NCBI RefSeq assembly: GCF_009914755.1
Contig: NC_060931.1
Length of the DNA stretch: 64,000 nucleotides
Source of the DNA: the human T2T-CHM13v2.0 reference genome, Homo sapiens
Direction: 5' to 3' (one strand)
Part shown: positions 1 through 38,462 of the stretch, in pieces
Layout of the letters: every line of letters starts with the position of its first letter
How positions within the stretch are numbered: the stretch's first letter is position 1
Made by a program: the position numbers and the translations under genes
Notes under the pieces: generated by a model
Database searches by the model: none
What the model saw: only the letters and a program-made list of their open reading frames with translations
What the model was told of the DNA's origin: nothing

Positions 1-1204
<1,204 letters not shown>

Positions 1205-1205
<1 letters not shown>

Positions 1206-1385
1206 TTAGTGTGTGAATTGTAAGGTATTGTGTGTCTGCGTGGGATATGCGTGCTGTGTGTGTAGTTAGTGTGAATGATACATGGTCATGTTTGTGCGTG
1301 TTTGTGTGTGTGCATTAGCATGCGGAGTGTGAGGTTTGTGTGTGTGCAGTTTGCACAGATGTGCAGTGAGTGCATAGTATGTGTA
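1205..1385. repeat. Degenerate (TG)-rich low-complexity tract
   Basis: Alternating tgtg/tgca runs. Confidence 0.85.
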
Positions 1386-1944
1386 TTATAAGCCCTCAGT
1401 GACCCTCTCTTGGGCTGGTTGGATCTGCCTGAGAAAATTTGTCTACTCTTGTATCTGGAGGGTGTACATCTGGCCATCTGCCAGCTAGGAGCTGAGGGGG
1501 AGGAAGGGTGTATAGGGAGTATCTTGATATTCAGTGTCTAAACTTGCACTTAATTCCCAGTTTTCAGTATAGTTCTCAGACCCTCAATCATACCTGGTAT
1601 TCTTCAGTCATGAGATTCCCCCATTTTTTCTCTCCTAAGAATAAGCCTCCAGATTTCTGCCTGAGTGAAGGGGAGGACACAGAGACATCCTCTTTCTTTG
1701 AGACTTTGAACCTATCTTGTTTTCAGCACCTCTGTATACCTTCATTTGTCCAAGTACTTGGTATGTTGCCATTGTGGGAGGGGTGTTCTGCGGTGTAGAT
1801 GAGATTTTCTCAGCTTTCCCTGACCTTTCGTGGGTCAGTAAAATCAGCTACCATTTGTCCATTTGTTTTGCGGTTTCCACATTTCTGTTGCTGTTGACTC
1901 TTTTACCCTTGTCAATTTCTTTGTTCTTGTCCATTGATATTTCT

Positions 1945-2244
1945 TTTTTATTTATTTATTTTTTGAGACGGAGTCTTGCTCTGTTGCCCAGGCTGGAGGG
2001 CAATGGCAAGATCTCGCCTCACTGCAACTTCTGCCTCCCAGGTTGAAGCGATTCTCCCACCTCAGCCTCCTGAGTACCTGGGATTACAGGTGCTCACCAC
2101 TACGCCCACCTAATTTTTGTGTTTTTGTAGAAATGGGTTTCATCATGTTAGCTAGGCTGGTCTTGAACTCCTGACCTCAAGTGATCCACCCACCTCAGCC
2201 TCCCAGCGTGCTGGGATTACAGGCATGAGCCGCCACGCCCAGCC
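1945..2244 (-). mobile_element. Alu
   Basis: Full Alu with TSD ccattgatat. Confidence 0.95.
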
Positions 2245-2449
2245 CATTGATATCTTTTAAGAAAACACAAACCTTTCTGTGACTTGAGGTGCGGTTTCGG
2301 GAGAGCGTGGTGGTAAATGTGTGTCTGCTATCTGTGCCCAAAACAGATGAGCAGAGGAAAATAAAGTGTCCTTTTGTAAAATTAGGTCATGACACAGGAC
2401 AGCCAGACTCAGTCACCCTTAGTGTCCCTCTCACCATTCTAATGGTAAA

Positions 2450-5400
<2,951 letters not shown>

Positions 5401-5432
5401 AATCTCCCAAAATATATATATATATATATAAT

Positions 5433-9257
<3,825 letters not shown>

Positions 9258-9863
9258 TGAGCCCTGGGAGCAGCCAGGTTCCAGCTCACCTGCGTGAGGT
9301 GCTCCCAGAGGACTTTCACATCAGGCCAGACACATGCATCTTTGGAGACACATTTTGACGTCAGGCATGAACGCTGAGTGACAAGTATGAGTTTGGGTCT
9401 TTTTCGTCATAGGCTATGATGCTGCAGGGGCAACCAAGACTCCCCTGGGACACACGCTTGTGAGCTAATGGACCAGAAAGGGTGTGATCCTCATAGTCGC
9501 TTCCTTCTCTGTGCCCCCAGTAGCTTGTTCTGGCCTCTGTTACAGGTCTTGCCACCCAACTCCAACTCCCCTGCCTATGGCTGCCTTTGTTTACCTGCCG
9601 TCATCTGATCTCTGCATCCCCAGTGCCCTGGACAGGGTCTGGCCCTGAAGAGCCCTCAGGAAAGGCTCTTTGGTGAGACAGATGGACAGTTCTGGCAAAA
9701 ACCTGTATGTGCTGGGGCTACAGGTGTTGGGGGTGGGAGCAGTGGGAGGCAGAGGGCTGAGATGAGCCGAGGCCCAGCCGCGGCAGCCATGTGACCTTGG
9801 GATTGTCCCATCCTGTCTCTCAACCTCTGATAGTGGTGTGGGGTGTAAAGTGATCTCAGCGGA

Positions 9864-10159
9864 GGCCGGGCACGATGGCTCACATCTGTATTCTCAGCAC
9901 TTTGGGAGGCCGAGACAGGTGGATCACTTGAGGTCAGAAGTTTGAGACCAGCCTGGACAACATGGTGAAACCGCGTCTCTATTGAAAATAGAAAAATTAG
10001 CTGGGCACGGTGACGGGCACCTGTAGTCCCAGCTACTCAGGAGGCTGAGGCACGAGAATCACTTGAACCTGAGAGGCAGAGGTTGCAGTGAGCCAAGATT
10101 GCAGCACTGCACTCCAGCCTGGGTGACAGAGTGAGACTGTCTCTAAAAAAAAAAAAAAA
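9864..10159 (+). mobile_element. AluS
   Basis: ggccgggcacg...poly-A. Confidence 0.95.
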
Positions 10160-11914
10160 GTAGTCTCAGATTCTCTGGGATTTTCTGGGATTTTCGGATC
10201 CGTCTTCACCCTCTGGGCATAGTTGACCCTTGGGAAGGGAACAGTCAGCGATCTTCAGTTTCACAAGGGGACTAAGCTCAACTGTTCATTCCACGTCCCC
10301 CCCAACCCCACAGCCTGAGGCTGTCCGTGTCATACCCCATAGGGAGCTCTGAAGCCCGGTCTTGGGGTTCACAGGCCAGCCTCAGCAGAGACATTGAGGA
10401 CAGTGGGGGCTCCAGGTCAGACTTGCACAGGCAGGTCCCTGCACAGGCAGCTTTGCGGTGGCGGGAAGGGCTGGAGACAGCCCTCACCCGCCCGCCCTGG
10501 CCCTGCCGTCAGCAGCTGCAGGGAAGAGGACCGGGCGCATTTATAGAATTCCTGCCTGCAAAGGCCATGCAGTTGTTTTAAATTAGCATACAAATCGACA
10601 TTAGTGTAGTACATCTGTTGTTAATCCACATCCCGGTGGAAGGGAGATGCCAACACGCCTTTTATTAGGCACGTCGATCCCATAATGTCCTTTCTCCCTG
10701 CCTTTGTCTTCTATCAGAGTCCGTAATGGGTTCCAGGATGTCTTTTATTTTGCTATGGACCACGTTTCCTCCTGCCCAGCGGATCAGAAACGTAATGGAT
10801 TCCAGGATGGAATTTATGTTCCTTTGGAATCAGACCCTGTACGATGAATTCTAAAGCCTTCGGGCAAATCTCCAGGGAGGCCGTGGCCCTGTGTTTGCCC
10901 CCATGGTCATCAGACAGGCACCGGGAACCCGGGCACAGTCCCAGGGCTGGAGGGGGAGGAAGGGAGCCTGGGCCGACAGCTCCCAATTAAGGGAATTCCA
11001 GGCAGGCGTGGGAGGAGAGGCCAGGGGTGCTGGTGGAGACAGACAGGGAAGCTGGGAAGATGCAGGGCGGGGAGGAGGGGGCACAGATATTCTAGAAACC
11101 CAGGAACCGGCAGCACCAGTGTTTCTGGGGCTGGTCACAGACACTGGACACCAGTTTGCGAGGTCCTGGAGAAAAGGACCTTGACCCTGAGTATCCCAGC
11201 AGGCCTGGGGAGGAGGGCAGGGTGTTGTGAGCCAGAGACTGCCCTTGGGGCTAACCAGGCCGGGACTAAGATACCCAGCTTTACCCTTTGCTCATGGCAT
11301 GGCCCTGGAGAGTCACTGTCTCTTGCTGAGGCTTGGATGCCATAGCCTGCACCCCATCACCCCGTGTCAGCACCAAGGGCTCCCCAGCCAGCATGCCTCC
11401 TCTGCCTGCTACCAGGCCTTCAACCAGTTTCCTCGGGTTCTTTCAACCCCCTCTCTCACGACATGGCTCTCAGTGCCCTCCCCGCCATCTTGGCTCCTTC
11501 TAGGGCACACTCGAGGGGCCCCATCTCTCTCAAGAGAAGGACTCAAACCATCCATGAAGCTGGGGCTGTGGAGGGCAGGGTCCAGGACTCTCCTCCCACC
11601 TCTGAGATGCCGCGCTCCTGTGCAAACCTGAGACCCTCGGCCACTCTGGCCACCACTGTGTCCCCAGGGCCTCCAGTCCTCCAGCCAGCCCTGTGGTTGG
11701 CCACCCTGCCCGTAAGATAAGCCCACGCCCTGTCACTGGGGCTGGAGGGGCTCTGAGCAGAAAAGATCACCTTCAGGGGCAGGTTTGGCCCCCACCACAA
11801 CACTGATTTTCCAGACCACAAAGTGAACCCACCCTGCACCCACCGGCTATCACAGTATCGTTTTTTATTTTGTTATAGAGATGGGGTCTCACTATATTGC
11901 CCAGGCTGGTCTCA

Positions 11915-12745
<831 letters not shown>

Positions 12746-13396
12746 TAAATTGCAGACTTTTAAAGGAGGAAAAAAAGTTTATTGTGTGTGTCCTGTCTAG
12801 CGCACTCTTCCAGGTTAGTTGTACCTTTTATTGTCTTTGAGCCAGTTTACAGCTCTGTAAAGTTGTGCAGTAATCATGAGAATGGATTTTTGTCCACGTT
12901 CCTGTAAGTTAATTGTGTCCGGTGGAATGCAATTGGATATTGCCCTGGGGACAAACCTGTTTTGCGTCTATTTGTAAATTCACAGCAGCATTCCGTGTTT
13001 GCCTGCAAGATTCCGTGCTTCTACAAATTTGCCTTTGAACCGCCCATGGCATCTGTCTGCTTTGTTCCCTCTTTGATTAATGTGTTAAATAAAATCTTTG
13101 ACACATGTTCATTTTCTACTTGTATGAGAGCCGTGATTTTTTTTTTCCTCTTGTGGGAATCAGTCCTTTAACAACAGGACTTTAGTCTGTGGGATTGGAG
13201 GAGCTGTGGTTTAACCCCTGAGATTCCTCAGCCAAAGGCACTGTCCCACATGAAGTTAGAATATGTGGAGTCCAGCTAGGGAAAGAGGTGCCAGATATAT
13301 TCCATCCTCTGTCACCCTAAGAGCAAATGACAGTGATTCTGTGCTCAGCCTGACCAGAGCTGCAAGAGACCTGAGAGTCTCTCTCCAACTGGCTCA

Positions 13397-13465
13397 TGTT
13401 ACAGGAACAGGGTCCTGATCCAGACGCCAAGAGAGGATTCTTGGATTTCACACAAGAAACAATTC

Positions 13466-13466
<1 letters not shown>
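13397..13466 (-). mobile_element. MER41-family LTR terminal fragment
   Basis: tgttacaggaacagggtcctgatccagacgccaagagaggattcttggatttcacacaagaaa closely matches the start of the full copy at 15329. Confidence 0.8.
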
Positions 13467-14313
<847 letters not shown>

Positions 14314-14357
14314 AACAGTCCATTTTTATGGGCGGCCCATGATAAAGCAGAGAGGCA

Positions 14358-15033
<676 letters not shown>

Positions 15034-15121
15034 AGCACTATTACCTTAAGCCCTGTGAGCCTCAATTTTCTCACCTGAAAAATGGGGATGATTGTGCATG
15101 CTCCCCCCTGCACGGCATGGT

Positions 15122-15304
15122 CAGCTGTGTTTGAAGCCACCTTCAACTAGATCACGAGAGCTGGTTTTGTGTATTGCCTCCCAACTCCCGTGCAGCGGTG
15201 TCGTATTGGTGGCTTGAAATTGGCCATGCTGGGAGTATTTACACCATGGAAATTGACAGACACTACAGAGAGCTGGTTGTTAAACACTTACCAGCACACC
15301 ATTG
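15122..15304. mobile_element. MER63A-like hAT (Blackjack) MITE
   Basis: gcttgaaattggccatgctgggagtatttacaccatggaaatt...gttaaacacttaccagcacaccattg; degenerate terminal inverted repeats. Confidence 0.75.
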
Positions 15305-15328
15305 GTGGCCATCCCAAATGTGTGGTTG

Positions 15329-15881
15329 TGTTACAAGAAAGGGGTCCCAATAGAGACCCCAAGAGAGGGTTCTTGGATCTCACACAAGAAAGAATTGAGG
15401 GCAAGTCCACAGTGCAAAGCAAAAGCAAGTTTATGAAGAAAGTACAGGAATAAAAGAAGGGCTACTCCACAGACAGAGCAGCCCTGAGGGGTGCTGGTTG
15501 CCCATTTTTATGGTTATTTCTTGATGATATGCTAAACAAGGGGTGGATTATTCATGCCTCCCCTTTTTAGACCATATAGGGTAACTTCCTGGTGTTGCCA
15601 TGGCATTTGTAAACTGTCATGGTGCTGGTGGGAGTGTAGCGGTGAGGACGACCAGAGGTCACTCTCGTCGCCATCTTGGTTTTGGTGGGTTTTGGCCGGT
15701 TTCTTTACTGCAAACTGTTTTATCAGCAAGGTTTTTATGACCTGTATCTTGTGCTGACCTCCTATCTCATCCTGTGACTTAGAATGCTTTAACCATCTGG
15801 GAATGCACGCAGTAGATCTCAGCCTCATTTTGCCTAGCTCCTATTTAAGATGGACTTGCTCTGGTTCACATTCTTCTGATA
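15329..15881 (-). mobile_element. MER41A solo LTR (ERV1), full length ~553 bp
   Basis: Matches the MER41 consensus end to end, with a 4-bp TSD GTTG on both sides. attcatgcctcccctttt lacks the segment carrying the GAS sites of MER41B. Confidence 0.88.
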
Positions 15882-16356
15882 GTTGGAGGACCTGGCATTT
15901 GGGATGCATGTCCCCTCTGAGGTGTGGGAACTTTGGTACAACAGGATGGGTGGACAGGCTGGGGTCCTCTGGGGAAAATCCTGCTGGGATGGAATGATGA
16001 GGGCAGGGTGCTCACCTGGAGGCCAAGACAGTGGGGGCCAGAGGAAGCCGCTGGTAAGTCTGGATGTTGAATTTAAGAGGGTGAGAACTGAATCCTCTTG
16101 GAAGTGACATTTCCTGCTCTTTCCTCTTGTCCAGACAGTAGAATCTTGACGGAAAACTACTGTTATTTTCCCTTAAGAAAAAGCAATAGATAAAAATAAT
16201 AGCAAAAATCACACGGAACATGATGAGGATTTGCCACTGTTTCTTGGGGAGCCTCTAGGTATGAGGTGTGGTGGGCAAACCATGGCCATCAACTACTGTC
16301 AAAATTATTATTTTACTTTAAAACGATTATTTATTATTTTTTAAAATAGAGTTGCA

Positions 16357-16952
<596 letters not shown>

Positions 16953-17411
16953 ATTGTCAGATTTAGTCCTCAAACAAGATGGAAATCATCATTCCCCTTT
17001 CACAGAGGAGAATAAGAATGGGGAAGAGAGGTTACTTTATTCAGGGACATTCAGCCGGGAAATGTCAGAGCCAGGATCTGTCTCAAGCCAAAGTGTGTCT
17101 TTCCCCATCTCACTGCAAGAAGCTAGGACGGACCAGGCTGCCCACCCCCTTCCCCCTGCCCTTGCCTCCCTCCCCACCCCGCCCACTCTATCAGACTGGC
17201 CACTCTTCCCTCCTTCCTCCATGCTTAGGCCCCAGTACTCCACCCTTACCCCTTCAGTGTTTGCCTGGCAGGCTCTAGTCCATCTGCAAAGGCTCAGCTC
17301 AGAAGTCCCCGCCTCCATGAAGCCCTCCTGACTACTGGGTTCCTGCAGAGCTGGCTTTTGCCATTAGTTCAAGTCCTCACCACACTAGGTGAGAACAGCT
17401 GTCACCTTGGC

Positions 17412-18500
<1,089 letters not shown>

Positions 18501-19219
18501 TAGGTTACAGACTCAGAGCCCCTTGAGGGGCAGGATTGAGTTTCGTCTGCATTTCCAGCCAGGTTTGCACATTGCAGACAAGCTGACTACAGCCAATCAT
18601 GCAGGTTTGGTGAATGGGTGAGAGAGTGAATTAAGTCAAGGAAGCCACAGCAGGGGGCCCAGCCCGCTCCTCCTCCAGTCCCAGCTCTTCCAGCTGCACT
18701 TGTTTAATGGTATGAACGTGACTTGGCTTGGTCCCGGCGCCATGGCTGGGAGCACAGGCTGCCCAGAGCGTACACTGCAGGTTGGAAGCGAGACCCTCTC
18801 TCTGAATCAGTGTCTGAATGTGTGCTGCCTAGAGTTGGTCGTGATTCATCTCCTCTATGGGGAGAGGGGCTGCCTTCATCTCAGCCCTGGGCTTCCTTCC
18901 CCGTGGCTTCCAAACCCTCCCCCTGGCGAAAGGCAGCCTGAAGGAGCTGCTGCGGTTTAAGAAAGTAATTGACCTGATATTATTCTGGCCTGGAGAAAAA
19001 GATCCTGAGTGTTGTCTTAAAGAGGCATTACGTTATCTGCTGAGAATGTCAGGAGATCAGGGGGATCGGTGCCCCCCTCCCACCTCAGGTAGAGGAGCCA
19101 TCAGTCCCAGCTGGAACCCAACACACAGGGCTAGAGCTTTATCTGCCTGAGGCAGCCAGGATGTCCGGCAGAACAGGTGCTGGAGACCCTGGTAGTCAGA
19201 GCTTTCCAAAACATGTTGA

Positions 19220-20135
<916 letters not shown>

Positions 20136-20204
20136 CTACTGGTCAGAGTCTAAAGGCAGCTGATTCCTGGACCAGTCGGCTGTGGCCAGGGCCATGGGGT
20201 TAAT

Positions 20205-20497
20205 GCCCGGGTAACTGAATAGGTTCATTGCCCAATGCACACAGCAGGTCAATTTACCAAGACACCGGATTGCAGCAGAGAAAAAGGTTTAATCATAGCG
20301 TCACTAAATGAGGAGATGGGAGGAAACCTCAAATCTATCTCCCTGAGGAGTTTGGGGCTGGGGTTTGGGGGTTTTGGAGTGGGCTGAAGTGTGGAGATGG
20401 TTGATGGGTGGAAGAGTGCAGGGCGAGGTCCTGGGACTGAGAGGGGAAGAAGCTGTGTTCTACGCTCATCCTCTTCCTCTGTGGGGTCTTCAAACTC
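20205..20497 (-). mobile_element. ERV1 LTR fragment (MER49/LOR1-like)
   Basis: gattgcagcagagaaaaaggtttaatc...ctcaaatctatctccctgaggagtttggggct motif typical of the MER4-group LTR end. Confidence 0.6.
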
Positions 20498-21905
<1,408 letters not shown>

Positions 21906-21909
21906 ATAT

Positions 21910-22252
21910 TCATGAGTGTTGCAATGAGCCAAGTAGTGGAGGTTGGCTTTTGAAGGCAGAAAAGGACTGAGAAAAGCTAACACAGAGAACAAAAAGCCAG
22001 TTGGTCATTTCAAAGTTACTTTTCTTGTAAAGGTTGAAGCAGAGGATGGCTTCTTCATCATGCAGGCTAAAACTGGCCAGTTTGGCTATTGTCTCTCTCC
22101 CCGGATTTCTCAGCAGGTCGGATAAGGATCTTAGTTTCTTTTTGGTGATGTGAATCTTAGCATGAGTGACTCCATTTTGGTTTGGTCTGTTGGAGCCTAG
22201 GGCAGGAGTTCAGTCCAAACCAATGACCTCTTTCTTATCAGTTTCATGTAAC
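21910..22252 (-). mobile_element. ERV1 LTR fragment (MER67-like)
   Basis: catgagtgactccattttggtttggtctgttgg...tcagtccaaaccaatg...tgtaaca terminus; shares ttacttttt-gtaa-ggtt-a-gcag with the element at ~1110. Confidence 0.55.
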
Positions 22253-23186
22253 ACAGAAAAAGTAAAGCCAAGGCTGCCCCTAGTGCTCAGTTCCTCGGGG
22301 CTCCCCCTGGACACCCAACATCCTGCCTTTGGGGACCTCAGAGTTACACCAGAATGATAGAGAGAGGAGACCCAGGTGTGCACAGCCCGCAGAGTGTGGC
22401 ATGAGCACTGCGCAAGAATTGGGAGCCCCGGTTTCTCACACTGGCTCTGAGCACCTTGGTGAGCCTTGAGTAAGTGTCCGATGCCTCTAAGCGTTTGTTT
22501 GCCTTTCTTTGCATGAGAAACAGTGACCCTGCCGGCGACACCAAGGCTGTGGATGCATGTAGTGGAGTCTCCACTCTGCACACTCTGGATTTATTTCGTG
22601 ATGTTGCTTTTCATTTGGAGAAGGTCTTTGAAACAAGCAAGCAGTGAGATGTTCTTCTAGACATGTATGTTGCAGGCTTTGGTGAAATTCAACAGGATGT
22701 TTTCCCAAGTCAAAGGCTATTGTTGTTGGGAGACGCAGGCTGGAGAGGATTTCCCCAGGGTTTGCAAAGGCGAGGGAGGCTTGGTGCTGGCTCCCCACCG
22801 CGCGCGGCACCCCTGAGAATCTGGTCTTCATCGAGCGCTCTCAGGCACGGCATGTAAGCCGATCCCCGCACAAAACTGTGCATTAATGAAAGTTTTGACA
22901 AAGAGATTTCATTTTGGAGCTCACGTTCCCTGAAGGGTTTGTAATAATTGTACTTGAAATGGAGCCATTCGGCCTCAATGCTTTCCAGATTGGGGGCGCG
23001 AGGCATAGCCCATCCCGGGAAGGTCGGCTGGGGAGGGGGAGGCCGCAAGAGGTGCCTTGGCTGGAGTTCGCGGGGATCCCTGGCACTGGCTGACCTGGGG
23101 ACTGTGTGTCCACAGCCTCGACCTTCTGCATCCTCCCAGCCATCACAAGGTGGGCGTTAGGACTCTTGATTTAAAGCTGAGCACAG

Positions 23187-26309
<3,123 letters not shown>

Positions 26310-27227
26310 CTATGCTCAAGAAAAATACACACGGAATATATTGCCCCTTCCAAAGCCTTTGAGGTCATTTGGCCCAATCCCCTCTTGTTCTAATGGGGAA
26401 ACTGAGGTTCCAAGAAGGGATTGGGCTTTCTATACTAACAGGTCCCAGACTCAGAAACTCCTGCCAAGCTGGAGGCTAAGGCCCCTCAGGGACTGGCAGG
26501 TGCTGTGGAGAACACAGGACCGGGGCCGGAGTTGGGCTGGAGCTGGGCTGGAGCCCCACTGTCAGGGGGGACCCAGGAAAGGGGCTGTTCCACTGCAGCC
26601 TGGGAGGGTGGCTGGATTGGGAGCCCCCTCATCTGACCCAGTGTGGGTGGGTGGCTCAGCCCATGGGAGTCTCAGCTCACAGGGTCTAGGGACGCATGCC
26701 CCCCTCTTGTTGCCATGCTCCCCAAGCGGCTGTCCAATCTCTTCTTGGGCACTTACAGGAACGGGCACTCCCTCCTTCCCGGGGCTGCCTGGCTCTGTGC
26801 TGAAAGCTCATTCTCTAAGGGGCGGGAGCTGCTCTACATGGTGTCCGCCCAGTGACTTTGGGTCCCAAGGTGGGGCCCATCTGCTGCCTCCTCCTTCTCA
26901 GGGTGAGCTGCCCAGTCCCTCTGTGGCTCCCCAGGGCCCAGCCTGCCTGCTGCCCCCAGAACCTTCTCCAGCTCATCTACCATTGTGAAGAATAGAGCCT
27001 GGGCCTCATATACGCAGTTACTCCTGTTACATGCCTTTGTTGTGATTTCTTCTCTCATCAGTGATGCACCTTCCTCCCAGGCCCCAGAACTGGGTGTTGG
27101 GGCAAGGTCTGTGGGGTCCCCTCTCGCCTCTGTTCTCTAACAATGCATGGTGCTGGTGACAACAGGACGGTCACCACCTCCTGGTTTGTATGTCTCAGAA
27201 ATGATGGTTGGAAAATGAAATATAAAC

Positions 27228-27680
27228 AGCACTTCTCAAACTGTCCCACGTGCAGGAGTCACCCTGGGGGGTCCTATTTAAATGCAGATTAGGATTGATA
27301 GGTCTGGGACAGGGCCTGAGTGTCGCCCTACCCTGCCCTGCCTTGTCACCCAGGCTGGAGTTCAGTGGTGCGATCATCACTCAATTGCAGCCTCAAATTC
27401 CTGGGCTCAAGGGATCCTCCAGCCTCAGCCTCCCAGGTAGCTGAGACTACAGGTGTACATCACCACACCTGGCTAATGTTCGTATTTTTTTAGAAGCAGG
27501 GTCTTGCTATGTTGTCCAGGCTAGTCTTGACCTCCCGGCCTCTGGTGATCATCCCGCCTCGGCCTCCCAAAGTGCTGGGATTACAGGCGTGAGCCACTGT
27601 GCCCAGCTAAGGGTCTGCATGGCTCACAAAGCCCCAGCACCTGCGGACAGGGGGTCTGAACCACACAAGATTGCCTCAAG
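27228..27680. mobile_element. MER5A-like hAT MITE split by an AluJ - (27335-27607)
   Basis: cagcacttctcaaact...ttaaatgcagatt...taggtctggg..gggcctgag | tctgcat. Confidence 0.7.
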
Positions 27681-27947
27681 GGAAGGTGCTGGAACTTTTG
27701 TTTCAGTCCTGAAGTCACAGGCACTGGTCAGGTTTGTGAGCAGGGAGGTGACACCTCCAAGGGACATGAGTAGGGAGCAATGGCCATTCTCCTCCTTGGA
27801 GAGTCCCTTGTTAGAACCTAGGCCTGCCACTTCCTGTTTCACAGTAGTTCAGTATTTACAGTAACTTCCAGGAAGGGGACCATGTGTCACGCCTGAGCTG
27901 ACCCTTTCTCTCTGCTGCGAGCTCAGGATGTGGGCAGGCGACCCTGA

Positions 27948-29053
<1,106 letters not shown>

Positions 29054-29390
29054 GTTATGTGTGTGGATGAATGCACGTGGGTCTGGGTGTGCACGTGTGT
29101 AGATCCATGTTGGGTGGGTGTGCCCGTGTATGTGAGCACTCTCTGTGATTGTGCAGAAGTGTGTATGTGTGTTGTGTGTGTGCATGACTGTGAGTGTGCA
29201 TGAATGTGTATGAGTGTGTTGTGTGTATGCATGAGTGTGATGGGTGTGTGGGCACTCTGTGTGTGCATGGGTGCATGTGTGTGCCTAGGTGTGTGCATGA
29301 GTATGACCACTCCATGTGTGTGCATGACTGTGAATTTACTTTGTTTTTGTGTGTACATGAGTATGTGTGTATACTTTTTTTTTTGGATGG

Positions 29391-29788
29391 AAAGAGGAGT
29401 TTGTTAAGGAGTATTAACTCACAGGATCACGAGGTCCCACAATAGGCCGTCTGCAAGCTGAGGAGCAAGGAAGCCAGTCCGAGTTCCAAAGCTGAAGAAC
29501 TGGTAGTCCGATGTTCGAGGGCAGGAAGCATCCAGCATGGGAGAAGGATATAGGCTGGAAGCCTAGGCCAGTCTAGTCTTTTCACATTCTTCTGCGTGCT
29601 TTGTGTTTTGGCCACACCGGCAGCTGATTAGATGGTGCCCACCCAGATTGAGGGGGGTGGGGTCTGCCTTTCCCAGTCCACTGACTCAAATGTTAATCTC
29701 CTTTGGCAACACCCTCACAGACACACCCAGGATCAATACTTTGCATCCTTCAATCCAATCAAGTTGACACTCAGTATTAACCATCACA
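29391..29788 (-). mobile_element. MLT2A (probably MLT2A2) ERVL LTR; 3' terminus missing
   Basis: Minus strand begins TGTGATGGTTAATACTGAGTGTCAACTTGATTGGATTGAAGG, the MLT2A 5' end, and is colinear to ~29391. Confidence 0.88.
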
Positions 29789-30782
29789 GCTGCCTTCTCT
29801 TATAAGACGGGGAAACTGAGGCCCAACAGCCCAGAGATGGACAGACACTTGCCTAAGATGACACAGTGGTATTACAGACTAGACCCTGAGTCTCCTGGTC
29901 CCTCCCAGCTCGTTACACCTTCGAGGACCCTAGGACAGGAGAAGCCACACTCTAAGCTAGAACCCATCCTCACACCACAGCCCTTGAATTCTCCTTCTGT
30001 CCTTTCCCTCTGCCCGAATGGGGTCAGTGGAGGGAATGGACTCTGGGTGAAATCACACCCATTCAGAGCCTTTGGGACAAATATTTGAGAGTCACCAATT
30101 ACCTGATCATCAAAGACATGCCTTTAACTTCCTGACTGTCCCGGTTGTTTGGGGCGGCCAGGAGGCCCCCTGGAATCCCTACTGTCACTGGCATATTGCA
30201 AGCACATGTTTTCTGCACACAGAGCTGCTCACAATAAACCAACGCTGAAAAGCACATTAAAATGAATCGGAGAAGAGAGAGTCACTTTGTAACATGCTTT
30301 ATTTTATTTTGTTTTTGCCTTGGAAAGGAGCATGTTTTGGCTGCCAATGAAAGAGCTGGTGGGGGCCTCTTAGCAGAAACCAAACGGGTCCAGATTAGAC
30401 CTACCCAGCCCACCCCCTGGGACAGTGGCTCTGGCTCCAGGGAGCTGAGAGGGGCCCCGAGACCAGGGGTGAGCTGCAGGGCTGGTCTAGAAACTGGAGA
30501 TCCCGGGTACCAGCCCTGAGCTCTGGGACACTGGATCCCTTTTCTCCTTTTACCTAGCCTCCGTGTTCCTAACTGCAGAAGAGATTCCCTGACTGTATTT
30601 GCTCCTTCTGATTAGTCAGTGGGCACCACGGTCCCTAAGGAGAGTGCATTTCTCATAACAGCTCTGCAAGATGGTTTGGACCATCCGGGGATTTCCAGCC
30701 AGAGTGCTGTTATTTTGCATGGATTGGTCACAAGCTGAGATTCATACCTTTCTGTCCAATCCCTCTCCAACTTCCCTCTTAG

Positions 30783-32458
<1,676 letters not shown>

Positions 32459-32738
32459 GATGATGGTCTTAACATTTAGGGTGGCATGAACCAACAACCC
32501 TCCCTTCCCACCCCTCCTTGATAAACAGATGAAACATTGGCCCCTCTCTCCTAAAGCATGCCCGGGCACAGAGAATCTTATTTACAGGAACCCTCAGAGG
32601 ATTCTCCCATCACTCACGAAACCTGACCGTAAGGTCTTTCAGCTCAGATGAAGGAGGAGAGACCCCTAATCTTTGCTGGGTGTCATTTCACATGTGGAAG
32701 TGGTCACTTTTCAAATTCAGGTCTTTACCTTCCCACCT

Positions 32739-38462
<5,724 letters not shown>

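Noticed and set aside
10713-10850. Repeat-spacer-like pattern suggesting CRISPR
   Set aside because: Only two to three degenerate units in human intronic DNA, with no cas genes; treated as a local duplication.
26341-26988. 215-aa Pro/Gly/Ser-rich ORF
   Set aside because: It starts in MIR-like sequence at a non-ATG codon, has no Gly-X-Y periodicity or domain, and is expected by chance in GC-rich DNA.
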